64,000 nucleotides of DNA from a virus (taxonomy: Duplodnaviria; Heunggongvirae; Uroviricota; Caudoviricetes). Position 1 is the first letter of the stretch; every line of letters begins with the position of its first letter. A program made the translations under genes and the position numbers. This document shows positions 17,596-27,614 of the stretch, piece after piece. The DNA is taken from the IMG/VR virus record IMGVR_UViG_3300014039_000029, positions 1 through 64,000 of that record, one strand, 5' to 3'. Under the pieces are notes generated by a model. The model had not been told where the DNA came from, did no database searches, and was given only the letters and a program-made list of their open reading frames with translations.

Positions 17596-17948
17596 AGTTG
17601 GAAGATATTAAATTCAAAGCTAAGAGAGTTGACAATGGAGAATGGTTGGAAGGTGACTTGAAACATCTTACAAGTGGATGTGTTGCCATTGAAGGAAAGT
17701 ATTCCATAATTGAGGTTGACCCTACAACCGTCTGCCAGTACACAGGGCTTAGAGACAAGAACGGCAAAGAAGTGTGGGAAAACGATGAGTTATTGGTTAA
17801 CCATTACTTTGGAAGATTTATTGGTGCTGTTACTTTCGAAAAAGGATGCTTCTACATTGTGAGTGACTATAGCAAAGCAGAACTTAACAAAGTAGATTGT
17901 ATCTCAATTGTTCAATGTTCAAAGTTCGATAAGGAGGTGAAGAAATGA
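17592..17948 (+). CDS. YopX-like phage protein
   Basis: MKLEDIKFKAKRVDNGEWLEGDL...TVCQYTGLRDKNGKEVWENDEL resembles the YopX family pattern. Confidence 0.6.
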   Translation: MKLEDIKFKAKRVDNGEWLEGDLKHLTSGCVAIEGKYSIIEVDPTTVCQYTGLRDKNGKEVWENDELLVNHYFGRFIGAVTFEKGCFYIVSDYSKAELNKVDCISIVQCSKFDKEVKK

Positions 17949-18163
17949 AGGTTAGAATAAAACAAATTAGAACACCACGTGTCTTTAATGGAGCAATATT
18001 GCCATCCTTTACGGATAAAGTTCAATATGTAGTAAGATACAAATTCCATTGGTGGCAAAAATACAGGACAATAAAAGATAGATTTGGCAACCCAAGACTA
18101 TTTGATTCCGAAAAAGAGATAAATGAATATTTTATTAACATAGGATTTGAACGTGGCTTATGA
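17945..18163 (+). CDS. Hypothetical protein
   Basis: 72-aa ORF. Confidence 0.4.
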   Translation: MKVRIKQIRTPRVFNGAILPSFTDKVQYVVRYKFHWWQKYRTIKDRFGNPRLFDSEKEINEYFINIGFERGL

Positions 18164-18363
18164 AGATTAGACTGGCAAAGAAGATAATGAGCAGTGGTAA
18201 TGACTATTGGGTAGATAAGCGCATTGATAATGCAATGCTCAATAAAATTGGGTTGATGATGCCAATTACATTAGAGACCATCGCATCACCAAGGCGATAA
18301 GCATTTTTTGTTTAGGGTTTATTATTGGTTTAAATTCAAATAATTGAATGAATAATAATCACA

Positions 18364-18408
18364 ATCCCCACCCAGCTATCACAGCCGAGTGGGGATTTTC
18401 TGTTTTAA
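18364..18408 (+). terminator. Hairpin with U-tract between convergent gene blocks
   Basis: ATCCCCAC...GTGGGGAT stem followed by TTTTCTGTTTT. Confidence 0.5.
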
Positions 18409-18463
18409 AACATTTCAACTAACAACCTAATAATCATGAATAAAATAACAAGAAAAATCTATC

Positions 18464-18772
18464 TTACAACTTATCAATGTATTCATCCAAATCTTTTGCA
18501 TACCAGAATTTTTCCGTAAAGCCCTTGCGCTTTTTGCCCTCAGGCAGTTTTCCTTCCTTTACCAACCTTCTGAAAGTGGAAGAAGGAATCCTAGTATAAG
18601 AGCAAGCCTCGGCAAAACTCATTCCCTCATCCTTGTTGGCGATCATGTGGAGAAACGATAGCATCTGCTGGTTTTGAAGCTTCGTAGAGAAGCATCTTCC
18701 GCTCTGAATGCGGTCGTGAAACTCCATCAGAAGAGAATCAATCGCCTCCAGCTCCTTAGAAATCTCTGCCAT
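18464..18772 (-). CDS. Small HTH DNA-binding protein (excisionase or MerR-like candidate)
   Basis: HTH-like segment MSFAEACSYTRIPSSTFRRLVKEG. Confidence 0.45.
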   Translation of the reverse strand: MAEISKELEAIDSLLMEFHDRIQSGRCFSTKLQNQQMLSFLHMIANKDEGMSFAEACSYTRIPSSTFRRLVKEGKLPEGKKRKGFTEKFWYAKDLDEYIDKL

Positions 18773-18775
18773 AAG

Positions 18776-19216
18776 CTAGCACTTCTTATTGTGATACCAC
18801 CAGATACCTGCACCCATCGCTATCACCACCAAGAACAAAAATCCGACAAACAATCTTCCGAGCGTCATCAGTCTCTGTTCGTTCTTGGTAAGTTCCCTAG
18901 TCACAGGGTAGGGCACCGATACCGAATCTCTTTTGATGAAAGTGACAGTCTTCACCTTATATATATTGTGCCATCTGTCCCGATACGCCACCTTGTTATA
19001 ATATACCGTATCGCCTTTCTGATACACATACACCGAATCTTTCAGGATAACACTATCCAGTTTATGGAAAGTGTCGGTCCTGCAAACATACTCCGTATGA
19101 TATTCGGGCACCATGATATACTCCTTGCTTTTGCATCCTGCCAACGCTAGCAGCACTAGTCCTACGACCAGTCCGCTGCACAACCATTTCCAAACTCTAA
19201 TGTCATACCATTTCAT
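18776..19216 (-). CDS. Lipoprotein with a C-terminal TM segment (unimolecular spanin candidate)
   Basis: Signal peptide with lipobox LALAGC. C-terminal hydrophobic helix FVGFLFLVVIAMGAGIWWY. Lies immediately downstream of the endolysin. Confidence 0.4.
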   Translation of the reverse strand: MKWYDIRVWKWLCSGLVVGLVLLALAGCKSKEYIMVPEYHTEYVCRTDTFHKLDSVILKDSVYVYQKGDTVYYNKVAYRDRWHNIYKVKTVTFIKRDSVSVPYPVTRELTKNEQRLMTLGRLFVGFLFLVVIAMGAGIWWYHNKKC

Positions 19217-19758
19217 ACGTCCAAAGCCTTTTTACATTTCACAAGCCATTTCTTTCTGCTGTCAAGTCCATTGGTACCGCCGTTTATCTTCTTGGTAACA
19301 CCTAGGACGTTGTCCTTGTCGGCGAGAGCGTTCAGCCCCTTCTTCCACCAATACCACATGCCACTCTTCACTGCCCCCAGAGGCTTCTCTAGCCATTCTG
19401 GATTAGTCATGATGTCGCCAGTGCAATAGCCTGAGTTCTGATAAGCCTCATAGTTCGCTCTACCGGTCAGCATCAACAACCCTCTGCCCTTATACTTGGT
19501 TCCGTCCCCCTTCTGTGTATTACCGAGCATCTTGGCAAGCTTTCCTTGCTCGTATTTGTTGAAGTAGCAAGGTTTTCCTACCTCTCGCAGCAGCTTAAAT
19601 CCATTGGTCTCATGGCACACTTGCGCCAGAAAATGCGCCATCCTAAGCGGTGTGTTGATGCCGAATGTAGTAGCCCAGGCATTGATGTAGTGCAGGAAGT
19701 AATCAGTTCGCTGCCCATCACCGATGATGGCTAGCATCTGTTCTCTCGTCACCTTCAT
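19213..19758 (-). CDS. Endolysin, glycoside hydrolase family 19-like
   Basis: CHETNGF...YKGRGLLMLTGRANY...INGGTNG resembles GH19 signature segments. Confidence 0.7.
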   Translation of the reverse strand: MKVTREQMLAIIGDGQRTDYFLHYINAWATTFGINTPLRMAHFLAQVCHETNGFKLLREVGKPCYFNKYEQGKLAKMLGNTQKGDGTKYKGRGLLMLTGRANYEAYQNSGYCTGDIMTNPEWLEKPLGAVKSGMWYWWKKGLNALADKDNVLGVTKKINGGTNGLDSRKKWLVKCKKALDV

Positions 19759-20228
19759 GCCTTTTCCTCCTCCTTCGCTTGTTTCATTATCTCGAACATG
19801 GCTTTCGCCAAATCGTCTTTGTTCTCTAGGAGTATCGATACCGTACGCTCTTGTTTCCTTATCTCAGCCTTTTGCCAAGATTTCTCCCTCACGCTCACAA
19901 ATTCGCAGAACACGCAATATCCTGCCCATATCATCGAGAACACAGGGAACGGAAGCACCGTGCAGGCTATCAAATCGATGCACACAGCCACCATGAAGGG
20001 TGAGAAATACTTTCTTGCCTTGTCGCAAGTCTTCTTAAATCCTCTGCTGGTCGTAGCCTCGCCGTTCTCCTTCGCCTTTTTTATGCCGAAGAATAAGTCT
20101 ACTGCCATAGATACAACAAGAGCACCCATGCAGAGTGCGATGATTAGCGCAGCTCTATATAGATGCTCCTGTAGGAAAGTATGAATTATCTCTGTCATAT
20201 ACCATTGATGTTTGATTAATGCCGACAA
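19755..20228 (-). CDS. Holin candidate (multi-TM membrane protein)
   Basis: Three hydrophobic helices. Lies directly upstream of, and overlaps, the endolysin gene. Confidence 0.45.
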   Translation of the reverse strand: MSALIKHQWYMTEIIHTFLQEHLYRAALIIALCMGALVVSMAVDLFFGIKKAKENGEATTSRGFKKTCDKARKYFSPFMVAVCIDLIACTVLPFPVFSMIWAGYCVFCEFVSVREKSWQKAEIRKQERTVSILLENKDDLAKAMFEIMKQAKEEEKA

Positions 20229-20267
20229 AGATAGGCGTGTTTTCGATACGTTCTTCCGTATTTCCGT

Positions 20268-20726
20268 CTAACTGTTCATGTACCAGAAAATTTTATCGCA
20301 AGGGTGGGCTGTGTCCTCGTCGCAAAGAAAACTTACAGCCAGCTCGCTCATCCTCTCCGTAAGCTTCTCTTTGCTTTTCGTCCATTTCCTCACCACCTCC
20401 CAATGGTTCGAGTAGGCTAGGTTCATCGTCACGGCGTAGTCCCACATATTGTAGTCGGGTATCATGTCCTTCACCTTCTCATACTCGTCTCTTATCTCCT
20501 TGTAGTCGAAGTAGGGGGCAAACACCTTCTTCGTGTCACCCTCGTAGTAATACATCTGGGCGATGCAGCCTCTGGCAGACAACTCCGTAAAGTGGCTGTT
20601 GCCGTTCATGTAATAGTCTAGGCACCTCATGGCTGCCTCTCTCTGTATGCCGTCTAGTCCGCATTCGTCATTTTCCAGCATCCTGACAGCATTTCTTGCC
20701 TTTGATAGCAATGCTTGTGAGTCCAT
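20268..20726 (-). CDS. Hypothetical protein
   Basis: 152-aa ORF. Confidence 0.45.
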   Translation of the reverse strand: MDSQALLSKARNAVRMLENDECGLDGIQREAAMRCLDYYMNGNSHFTELSARGCIAQMYYYEGDTKKVFAPYFDYKEIRDEYEKVKDMIPDYNMWDYAVTMNLAYSNHWEVVRKWTKSKEKLTERMSELAVSFLCDEDTAHPCDKIFWYMNS

Positions 20727-21147
20727 AAGCGTAAGTTGTTATAGTTAATATTATTAGTATATAGTGCATGGTTAGTTGCTCCGGAGTTATCAGCCAGTGT
20801 TGGTAGCCAAACCTTATCACGCTGATCCCGATGAAATAGTAGAAGGGTATTCTGAATATCCAGCACCAGTGAAAGAAATAGCTCACAGGTATCATGGCGA
20901 ATGGCATGTACACATAGCATAGCGTATACATCCAGATGATGCAGCTCCCGTTGTCCTCGGTGTCTAGGATGGTCGGTCGTGGATGTCTACTGTAGTCCAT
21001 CACGCCATACCAGTGCCACAGCATCAACAGCAGGGGTGCCCACCTTGATAGATGCTCGTAAAAATGATAAATCTTCCTGCGCAGCAATTCGTGCTTCACG
21101 TCTTGCCGCTCCTCTTCGGTGAGAGGGTCTTCTTGTCTTCTTCTCAT
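20668..21147 (-). CDS. Hypothetical integral membrane protein (Trp/Tyr-rich)
   Basis: Several hydrophobic segments. Confidence 0.4.
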   Translation of the reverse strand: MRRRQEDPLTEEERQDVKHELLRRKIYHFYEHLSRWAPLLLMLWHWYGVMDYSRHPRPTILDTEDNGSCIIWMYTLCYVYMPFAMIPVSYFFHWCWIFRIPFYYFIGISVIRFGYQHWLITPEQLTMHYILIILTITTYAYGLTSIAIKGKKCCQDAGK

Positions 21148-21293
21148 AATCTTTTAATTTGATTTTTCGTATGTTGATTTAATTACTAATTTCTTAGAAA
21201 AGCAAGTTCTTGTTTGTTAAACTGTTGCAAAGCTAATAAAAATCTTACAAACACGCAATCTTTTGTGGCAAAAAGTTAAAGAATACTATTTTA

Positions 21294-21325
21294 TTTGGAC
21301 TATTTCTAAATTAATAGTATATTTG
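21294..21325 (+). promoter_or_regulatory. Bacteroidetes-type promoter (TTTG-N20-TATATTTG)
   Basis: TTTG at 21294-21297 and TAnnTTTG at 21318-21325, about 25 nt upstream of ATG 21349. Confidence 0.5.
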
Positions 21326-21348
21326 CAGCATGTTTTAAAGGCTATCTT

Positions 21349-21804
21349 ATGACGAAAACCAATTTTGACTTGAGTGCTCGGCAGCGAGAGGATTTGATGA
21401 TGGCATATCGTGACGTTGCGCCCCGATGCCATTCCCAGAGAGAGGCGTGGATTAAAGTCTCTGCCCATCCTGCGCCCAGATACTACGTCAGCCCAAAACA
21501 AGCTTTCGAGAAACTGCGCAAGATGGTGATGGGCGATACCTCCACGGTCGATGTGATGTCACCTCCCAGAAGGAGAATGTACTATTCGTTGTTCAATCGG
21601 CTTCAGGAGTTGTCTCAGCGCAAGGAGTTCATCGGCAAGTCGCTTTACTTCATCTGCACCTTCTTGGTTGGTGAGCCTGCGCCAGAATTCTTTTTGTCAC
21701 CGAGGACCGTAGAGGATATATTTTCTAATTGCAAGCGATATGGAAAGGAATACAGGGATATGGAACTGCGCAAGCAGAAACTGGAAGCCAAAGCTATCCA
21801 TTAG
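21349..21804 (+). CDS. Hypothetical protein
   Basis: 151-aa ORF downstream of the promoter. Confidence 0.5.
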   Translation: MTKTNFDLSARQREDLMMAYRDVAPRCHSQREAWIKVSAHPAPRYYVSPKQAFEKLRKMVMGDTSTVDVMSPPRRRMYYSLFNRLQELSQRKEFIGKSLYFICTFLVGEPAPEFFLSPRTVEDIFSNCKRYGKEYRDMELRKQKLEAKAIH

Positions 21805-22222
21805 CATTGCTTGCCTTGCAGGATATTTCCTCCATGTTGGTTTTTATGCTGGGTGTCCATGGTGGAATCATATAGCATACAGTTTCTGTCATGCGAACGT
21901 TTTTCATCTTACCGTCAATCTGATGGTACTTTGGGGCATCAGAAATAAGATGTCTGCGCTCTTGGCTTTCATTGTAGCCGTAGCAGCCAGCTTCCTACCG
22001 ATGTACGTAGGCGATTCCACGATGGGACTCTCAGGATTTCTTTTCGCTGTCTTCGGTATCATGTGGGGCAAGACAGGGAGATGGCTTGAAGCCTCCAAGA
22101 AGGCGATGCCGTTCATTCTCATCACGATGCTGATTCCGAATGTCAATGGTTTGCTTCATCTATATGCTTTCATAATAGGATATTTTGTAGGATTTCTTCT
22201 TAATATGTTTCATAAGTTTTAA
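21740..22222 (+). CDS. Rhomboid-like intramembrane serine protease candidate
   Basis: TM-embedded HLTVN (HxxxN), GLSGFLFAVFG (GxSG) and a C-terminal LHLYAFIIGYFVG (His in the last TM). Start is uncertain; the ATG at 21740 overlaps the upstream gene. Confidence 0.5.
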   Translation: MERNTGIWNCASRNWKPKLSISIACLAGYFLHVGFYAGCPWWNHIAYSFCHANVFHLTVNLMVLWGIRNKMSALLAFIVAVAASFLPMYVGDSTMGLSGFLFAVFGIMWGKTGRWLEASKKAMPFILITMLIPNVNGLLHLYAFIIGYFVGFLLNMFHKF

Positions 22223-22246
22223 GGTTTTAGTTAGTTACTATGTTTT

Positions 22247-22283
22247 GAAGGCGACTGCTCATCACGAGTAGCCGCCTTCTTTA
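22247..22283. terminator. Hairpin between convergent genes
   Basis: GAAGGCG...CGCCTTC stem followed by TTTATGTT. Confidence 0.4.
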
Positions 22284-22320
22284 TGTTATCAACTTAGCTT
22301 ATGAAAAGAATATAAAGTAT

Positions 22321-25074
22321 TTATCTCATCTTGTCTTCTCTTCTCGATTGTACCTCAACGATGCTGCCAGCAAACGAGTCCACAGCCTTGAAATCCTTCA
22401 ATGTATATTTGAAGGTAAAGTATTTCCAAGGTTTGCCCCCCAAAGAATGCAACTGACACCAGTGCTTACAGTCGTTGCTTCCCCATATTTCCAGACTCAG
22501 CTTTCCCTCATCTGTATCCGCCAAGTTCTTGATGGCTCTCAGGCTTTTCAACGTCATGCTGCCGCCCAGTTTCAGCGGTCTTGTCGTGATATGTCCGCTA
22601 TATTTCTCCTCGTCATCGTTGATGTCTGGCTTTCCTGTCAGCGTATAGATACCAAGGGCGATGTCCTGTATCACGTTGTCTGGATAGTCGTTCGTCACCG
22701 ACTTGATGGGGACGCCTATCGTGCTCATCCCGAAAGTACCGTCTGCTATATTGTAGATATAGTAGTCCTTCTCTTTCTCGTCAATCTCGCCGTCTTTGTC
22801 AAATCCATTGCTCTTCTTGAATATCCTCAGCATGGAGTCACGATAGTCGTAAGCGATGATGCAAGATTTTAAGAAGTTCAGGAATCCCTCATGCTGTTTC
22901 TCGGCAAAGTTCCTTGGGGTCCTTCCGTTCATCACCCTGCTCACGGTCGCCGCCGTTCCTCCAGATATAGCCATCAGCCCTTTATCTGATGTAAAGTATA
23001 CCAGTCTGTCTGTCGGCGTGATGCTGTCTACGTTGTTGCAGACCTCTCTTGATATAGGATATACGCTGCCATAGAGACCTTCCGATGTCACCCCCATGGC
23101 ATATATGCCTTCGTCTGTGAACACGATCAATGGATATTGTCCAAACTGTCCTTGGCTCACAGCCTCCGTATTAGCCACGATTCCCAGTATCTTTCCTGTT
23201 CCCACGGTGTTGTCGCCCGAAGCCTCAAACAAAAATGGATTGTTCACCACCGAGGTAAAAATCTGCGAGTCCATTGTTTCATGGGCAGTTGTGTCTACTG
23301 TAGGAATTTTCACATCGTCAGAAGGAACGAAAGTGTCATCTGTAGGCAATTTGTTAAAACTATATGCGCCGTTTAGCATCGGGTGTGGATGTAATTCCAA
23401 AAGCATACCTTTGTTGCTTACGCTGTCCCATACAATCATTTCCGTTGCGTTTGGGTCAGGGTAGTATAACCACGCATTGGCTGCGTCAGGTACAAGCTCA
23501 TCCATTTCGTCAGACTTAACCCAACAATCCATGCTATCGGAAACGATGTGTACGTAATATGAAAATTTGAAATTAGCATTATATGCCTGTATGTCATCAT
23601 GAAACAGATTGAATCCTTTAAATGGGTATCTCTTGATATTAAACATATTCAGTCTTTTGTTGTACACATATATGTTTTGAGATACTAACTTGGACCAACC
23701 ATAGTAGTCATCTACCTTTAGTTGCTCCTGCGTTGTAAGATTTTCTATTGTATGTATTGGGATAGGAGCGTCTTTTACACCTGCCCCTAGATAATATGAC
23801 GAATCCGTGCCAATAGAAAATAATTTATAGAACTGCGTTTTGCTTTTTAACTCGCTGATAATTTCTGAGTCTGATTTGTATTTCGGCATTAGCACCTCTC
23901 TGGCAGGATAGCTGTCCTTATCAAAGGCAAATACTGGTTTCTGTATAGCTGTGGCTCCAGGAAATGGATTTTCAATTGCGTAAGCTTGTCTCGCATTTAT
24001 AAAACTATAGTAGTACTCTCCATTCACTTCTTCAACGGAAGAAAATTTCCAGTCTTCATCTATATAAAAAGGCATCACTTCATCTGAGGCGAAAACCACC
24101 AATTCCTTTACTATGTCTTTCCAGTTTTCTATATCTTCTATGCTAGCTTCAAATCTTAACTTTGCATAATAAGGATACATGTTAAAATTACGAGTATCAC
24201 CTGATGTTTCTTTAAAGTTTTTGATATTCTCATCGTAGCAGACAGGCACATACCTGCAATTTCTATTGATGGTTGGGTAACATAGTATAGGAGCGGAAAT
24301 CCTCGCATAGCTCCCATCGTACAGCTTCAAGGCATACCTTATAAAAAAAGGAAACAGAAAATACCCTAATTCTTTAGCTTTTGATATAACAGCAGCAGCG
24401 TGCCCTCTTACCGCGGTCTGAAAGGTACTGACCTTTTCCGCATCATTTTTTGGAGTATATTTATAATATGAGGTTTTGTTTGTCAAGCCTTCATCTTCCG
24501 AAGGTTCTACAACTTTTGCAAAACTCCCATCTGTATTGTATAATGCTGATTTTTCCGACGAATCAATAATCTCTTTTAGATCGCATGAAGTAGTGCCACC
24601 TAAGCCAACAGATCCGCCAAGCAAGTAAGGCGTAAAGCTTGGTCTAGGCAAATCTGTTCCAAGCTCCTTGTATTTCCCTCCTTTGTACAGGAAATAAGCT
24701 ATTCCTTCGTTCGTAGCTATCACTACGGTGTTTCCCACGCTCTTCACATCAAGCACATTATACGTGATGTCGAAGCTTTGCCACAAGTTAGGGTCTACTT
24801 TTCCGTCCTCCAAGCTACCACTGAAGATAAGGCTCTTGCTAGTGCCCGCATCCCTCAGCATCACATAGTTCCTGTAGTCGGCACCCTTGTGGATATATAG
24901 AAGGTCGAAAATGCCATCTACCGCCTTAGGCTTCTGTATTGGCTTCATTCCTCCATCCTTATAGATGAATCCGTCACTCTCCAGCAGCTCCGAGTCGTCG
25001 CTCATTAGGTCGCTGGGCACGTTTGTCATGCCCTTGCCGAAACTCAATGTCTTTCTTTCTACGTTTCTTTCCAT
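22321..25074 (-). CDS. Large virion morphogenesis protein (917-931 aa), function unassigned
   Basis: Follows the large terminase in the same operon. No catalytic motif recognised. Confidence 0.5.
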   Translation of the reverse strand: MERNVERKTLSFGKGMTNVPSDLMSDDSELLESDGFIYKDGGMKPIQKPKAVDGIFDLLYIHKGADYRNYVMLRDAGTSKSLIFSGSLEDGKVDPNLWQSFDITYNVLDVKSVGNTVVIATNEGIAYFLYKGGKYKELGTDLPRPSFTPYLLGGSVGLGGTTSCDLKEIIDSSEKSALYNTDGSFAKVVEPSEDEGLTNKTSYYKYTPKNDAEKVSTFQTAVRGHAAAVISKAKELGYFLFPFFIRYALKLYDGSYARISAPILCYPTINRNCRYVPVCYDENIKNFKETSGDTRNFNMYPYYAKLRFEASIEDIENWKDIVKELVVFASDEVMPFYIDEDWKFSSVEEVNGEYYYSFINARQAYAIENPFPGATAIQKPVFAFDKDSYPAREVLMPKYKSDSEIISELKSKTQFYKLFSIGTDSSYYLGAGVKDAPIPIHTIENLTTQEQLKVDDYYGWSKLVSQNIYVYNKRLNMFNIKRYPFKGFNLFHDDIQAYNANFKFSYYVHIVSDSMDCWVKSDEMDELVPDAANAWLYYPDPNATEMIVWDSVSNKGMLLELHPHPMLNGAYSFNKLPTDDTFVPSDDVKIPTVDTTAHETMDSQIFTSVVNNPFLFEASGDNTVGTGKILGIVANTEAVSQGQFGQYPLIVFTDEGIYAMGVTSEGLYGSVYPISREVCNNVDSITPTDRLVYFTSDKGLMAISGGTAATVSRVMNGRTPRNFAEKQHEGFLNFLKSCIIAYDYRDSMLRIFKKSNGFDKDGEIDEKEKDYYIYNIADGTFGMSTIGVPIKSVTNDYPDNVIQDIALGIYTLTGKPDINDDEEKYSGHITTRPLKLGGSMTLKSLRAIKNLADTDEGKLSLEIWGSNDCKHWCQLHSLGGKPWKYFTFKYTLKDFKAVDSFAGSIVEVQSRREDKMR

Positions 25075-25081
25075 TGTCTTG

Positions 25082-27217
25082 TTATATTTTTGCAGCCGTA
25101 TGCACGCCGTCACCACCGCTGCTATGTTTCTCCTTCTGTTTCCACCTTGGCTTCTCCATGTCGTTGGCGCTCACCCACAAGCCGATGGCAGTGCTCATCA
25201 GCACATCGTCATGGTTGCCGTTTCCTACGATGTTTCCGAGGCTGCCATCATCGTGTCGCTCATAGATTCTCAGCTCATGATACATTTCCTTGTCTGGCTC
25301 GTCCCATAACATATCGTCTACAAACTGCTCCAAGTTGTCGATTACCCATCCCTTCGTCAGTTTGTTGGTCTGGAATCCATACTTAGCCAGCACATCGTCC
25401 GTCACGTCCTCTGGGCTAGTGGTGCGCTGATACAGGTTCTCGTAGTAGTCTGCTATCTCGTTCAGGATGCTTCCGAAGTGGTCGCCTTCCGTGTTGTTGT
25501 TTTTTTCTCGGTCGGCAGTGTTGCTCTCTATCACCAAGAGTGCGTCATCGTAGTAGTGAGCCAGTGCTGCCGCCATCCACGCCAACTTGTCGTGTCTTAC
25601 GTGTCCCCTGTATCTAGCCGCCACCCTAGGCTTGCCCTTGATGGTTGGTATCATGCCGAAGCGGTCTATCACAGTCATCACCGTATAGTCCGATGTTGAG
25701 CTCTTGCCACCAATATCCACGCTCACCACGTATCTGTTTTCCACTTGCAGCACGTTCGGCACCGCCCAAATCTTCAAGTCGCCCATGCCGTCCGTTCTGA
25801 TGTCTATCTTCGATTTGTTGATGGTCTGCTCGTTCTTCACCGCCGTGTTCACCATGATGTCGGCAGTATACAGAGGCTCACGCTTGTATTTCTTCTGCAA
25901 ATCATCAATAGAATAGGGGTTGAATACCAAGTTGCCAGAGTTACGGAAGGCATCTTCCTCGTCCACTGGTGCCTCGGTGGCGCAGAAGGCATGTGTGGTA
26001 AACTTGTTTCTAAAGTTCCTGTACCATTCGATGGCTTGGAAGCAAGCTCCCTTCTCCCACATTCGCCAGAAGAACTTGCCTGTCTCTCGGTAGCCCTTCG
26101 GGTTTGTGCTCTTGTCTCTGTTCTGCAAGAGCCACTTGGCAAAGGCTCTCTCGTTCTTCACATCCTCCATGTCGTGCTCGATGAAGAAACAAGGGATGAA
26201 GAGGAACGAGTAAGCATCGTTGTTCTTCGGGTCCATGGCTAGTTGGCATTTCTCGTAGAAGAATCCTGAGTTACCCTTGCCTGTGCTCTCAAACACCTCC
26301 AAGTTGTCCTCTTGGTTTCTGATACCACCCGAGATAGACGAAATCACGCCCTCAGGGTCGTGCTCGGGAGTCTTCTTCCAGTAAGCCACCTCCGAATAGT
26401 GGGCGCAGTGGAAGTTGCTACCACGCACGCTATCGAAATTCTCGAAGGATGCCACGGTCAGCGTGCTTCGTCTGATGGCTCTCATGCCGTCCGTCACTTG
26501 GAAATCGTCTGGTGAGTTTTCATAAGGCGAGAATTGTAGCTTGGCACCGCTGTGTCCGAGCGTCCAACCGGGCTGATTCTCCAATGCCTTTCGGTACATA
26601 GCCTTGATTTTCTTCGCCGTGTTCTTCTGCTGTGCCAGCACGATGGCGTTCCATCCGTCTCTTCTAAAGTCTTGCAGCCACTTGATGTAGAGCTGGGTTA
26701 GGGTAGAGCCTCCCCACTGACGAGCCTTCAATATGACTACTCGGATGGCTGCTCCGCTTGTGCGCAGGTCCTCGAATATCTTCAATAGCTTTCTCTGTGG
26801 ATAGTTCAGCTTGAAGGGTATCATGTTACCTGTCACCTTGTCTTCTATCTTGTCGGTCGCATACAGCGCAAACTCGGGGTCTTCCCTGAATCTCACCTTC
26901 ATGATTTCGAAGGTCAGCACCATGATGAGCTGCTTGGTGTAGTAGCTTTTTTCGTTATACTCCTTGCCCCACACCTGTATGATGTATTCTTTCAGACTGC
27001 CCACCTGTCTCAGTCCCCTATATAATAAGGTACGCATGCACTCCCTCGGTACCCACATCTTCTTGATCATGAAGTCTGGCAACTCCAATAGCTCCCTATG
27101 TTCCATGTCGTAGCAGTTTTCGCCAGTCCATGGGTCGTAGGTGCCATATATCTCGTCATACCGTCTTCGGTTCTCGGCTACGAGGTCGTCTATTTCTTTG
27201 TCAGTTACCAGTGCCAT
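25082..27217 (-). CDS. terL: Terminase large subunit
   Basis: Walker A-like VVILKARQWGGSTLTQ. C-terminal nuclease-type acidic segment VVSVDIGGKSSTSDYTVMTVIDRF. Confidence 0.75.
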   Translation of the reverse strand: MALVTDKEIDDLVAENRRRYDEIYGTYDPWTGENCYDMEHRELLELPDFMIKKMWVPRECMRTLLYRGLRQVGSLKEYIIQVWGKEYNEKSYYTKQLIMVLTFEIMKVRFREDPEFALYATDKIEDKVTGNMIPFKLNYPQRKLLKIFEDLRTSGAAIRVVILKARQWGGSTLTQLYIKWLQDFRRDGWNAIVLAQQKNTAKKIKAMYRKALENQPGWTLGHSGAKLQFSPYENSPDDFQVTDGMRAIRRSTLTVASFENFDSVRGSNFHCAHYSEVAYWKKTPEHDPEGVISSISGGIRNQEDNLEVFESTGKGNSGFFYEKCQLAMDPKNNDAYSFLFIPCFFIEHDMEDVKNERAFAKWLLQNRDKSTNPKGYRETGKFFWRMWEKGACFQAIEWYRNFRNKFTTHAFCATEAPVDEEDAFRNSGNLVFNPYSIDDLQKKYKREPLYTADIMVNTAVKNEQTINKSKIDIRTDGMGDLKIWAVPNVLQVENRYVVSVDIGGKSSTSDYTVMTVIDRFGMIPTIKGKPRVAARYRGHVRHDKLAWMAAALAHYYDDALLVIESNTADREKNNNTEGDHFGSILNEIADYYENLYQRTTSPEDVTDDVLAKYGFQTNKLTKGWVIDNLEQFVDDMLWDEPDKEMYHELRIYERHDDGSLGNIVGNGNHDDVLMSTAIGLWVSANDMEKPRWKQKEKHSSGGDGVHTAAKI

Positions 27218-27596
27218 GCGCCAAATCGTTTAGTTCCTCAAAGTCCACGTCTTGTATTTGTGGAGATGTAGTCACACCCAGCGTCTTGTCGTCGCCCACC
27301 TTTGTCATGCTGAGGGCTGCCAACTGCTTGAAGTCCTCGTCCAGCCCATGCGTCACGCTTACCTCGCTCTGCTTTGGTATCATGTGCTTCATCAGGTTGG
27401 CGTAGATGGTGCAGTATGTCTTGGGGTCGTATTCCGACAGCTCTATCATCTTTTCCTCAAACCGTTCTTGGTGTCGAGCCAAGAGGTCTCGCAAGAACTC
27501 CTTCTGTGCGCTCTTGTTGACAGGCAGAATTTTCTTGGCTTTTTCAGCCCTTTCCTTCTGCAGTTCCCTTACGGTCTGGTATTCGAAATCTTCCAT
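27201..27596 (-). CDS. Small protein immediately upstream of terL (terminase small subunit candidate)
   Basis: 131 aa, position only. Confidence 0.3.
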   Translation of the reverse strand: MEDFEYQTVRELQKERAEKAKKILPVNKSAQKEFLRDLLARHQERFEEKMIELSEYDPKTYCTIYANLMKHMIPKQSEVSVTHGLDEDFKQLAALSMTKVGDDKTLGVTTSPQIQDVDFEELNDLAHGTGN

Positions 27597-27614
27597 AAGC
27601 TATATTTTTTTACA

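Noticed and set aside
22321-25116. Integrase or transposase identity for the 931-aa ORF
   Set aside because: It has no R...HxxR...Y or DDE-type motifs. It sits in the morphogenesis operon after terL.
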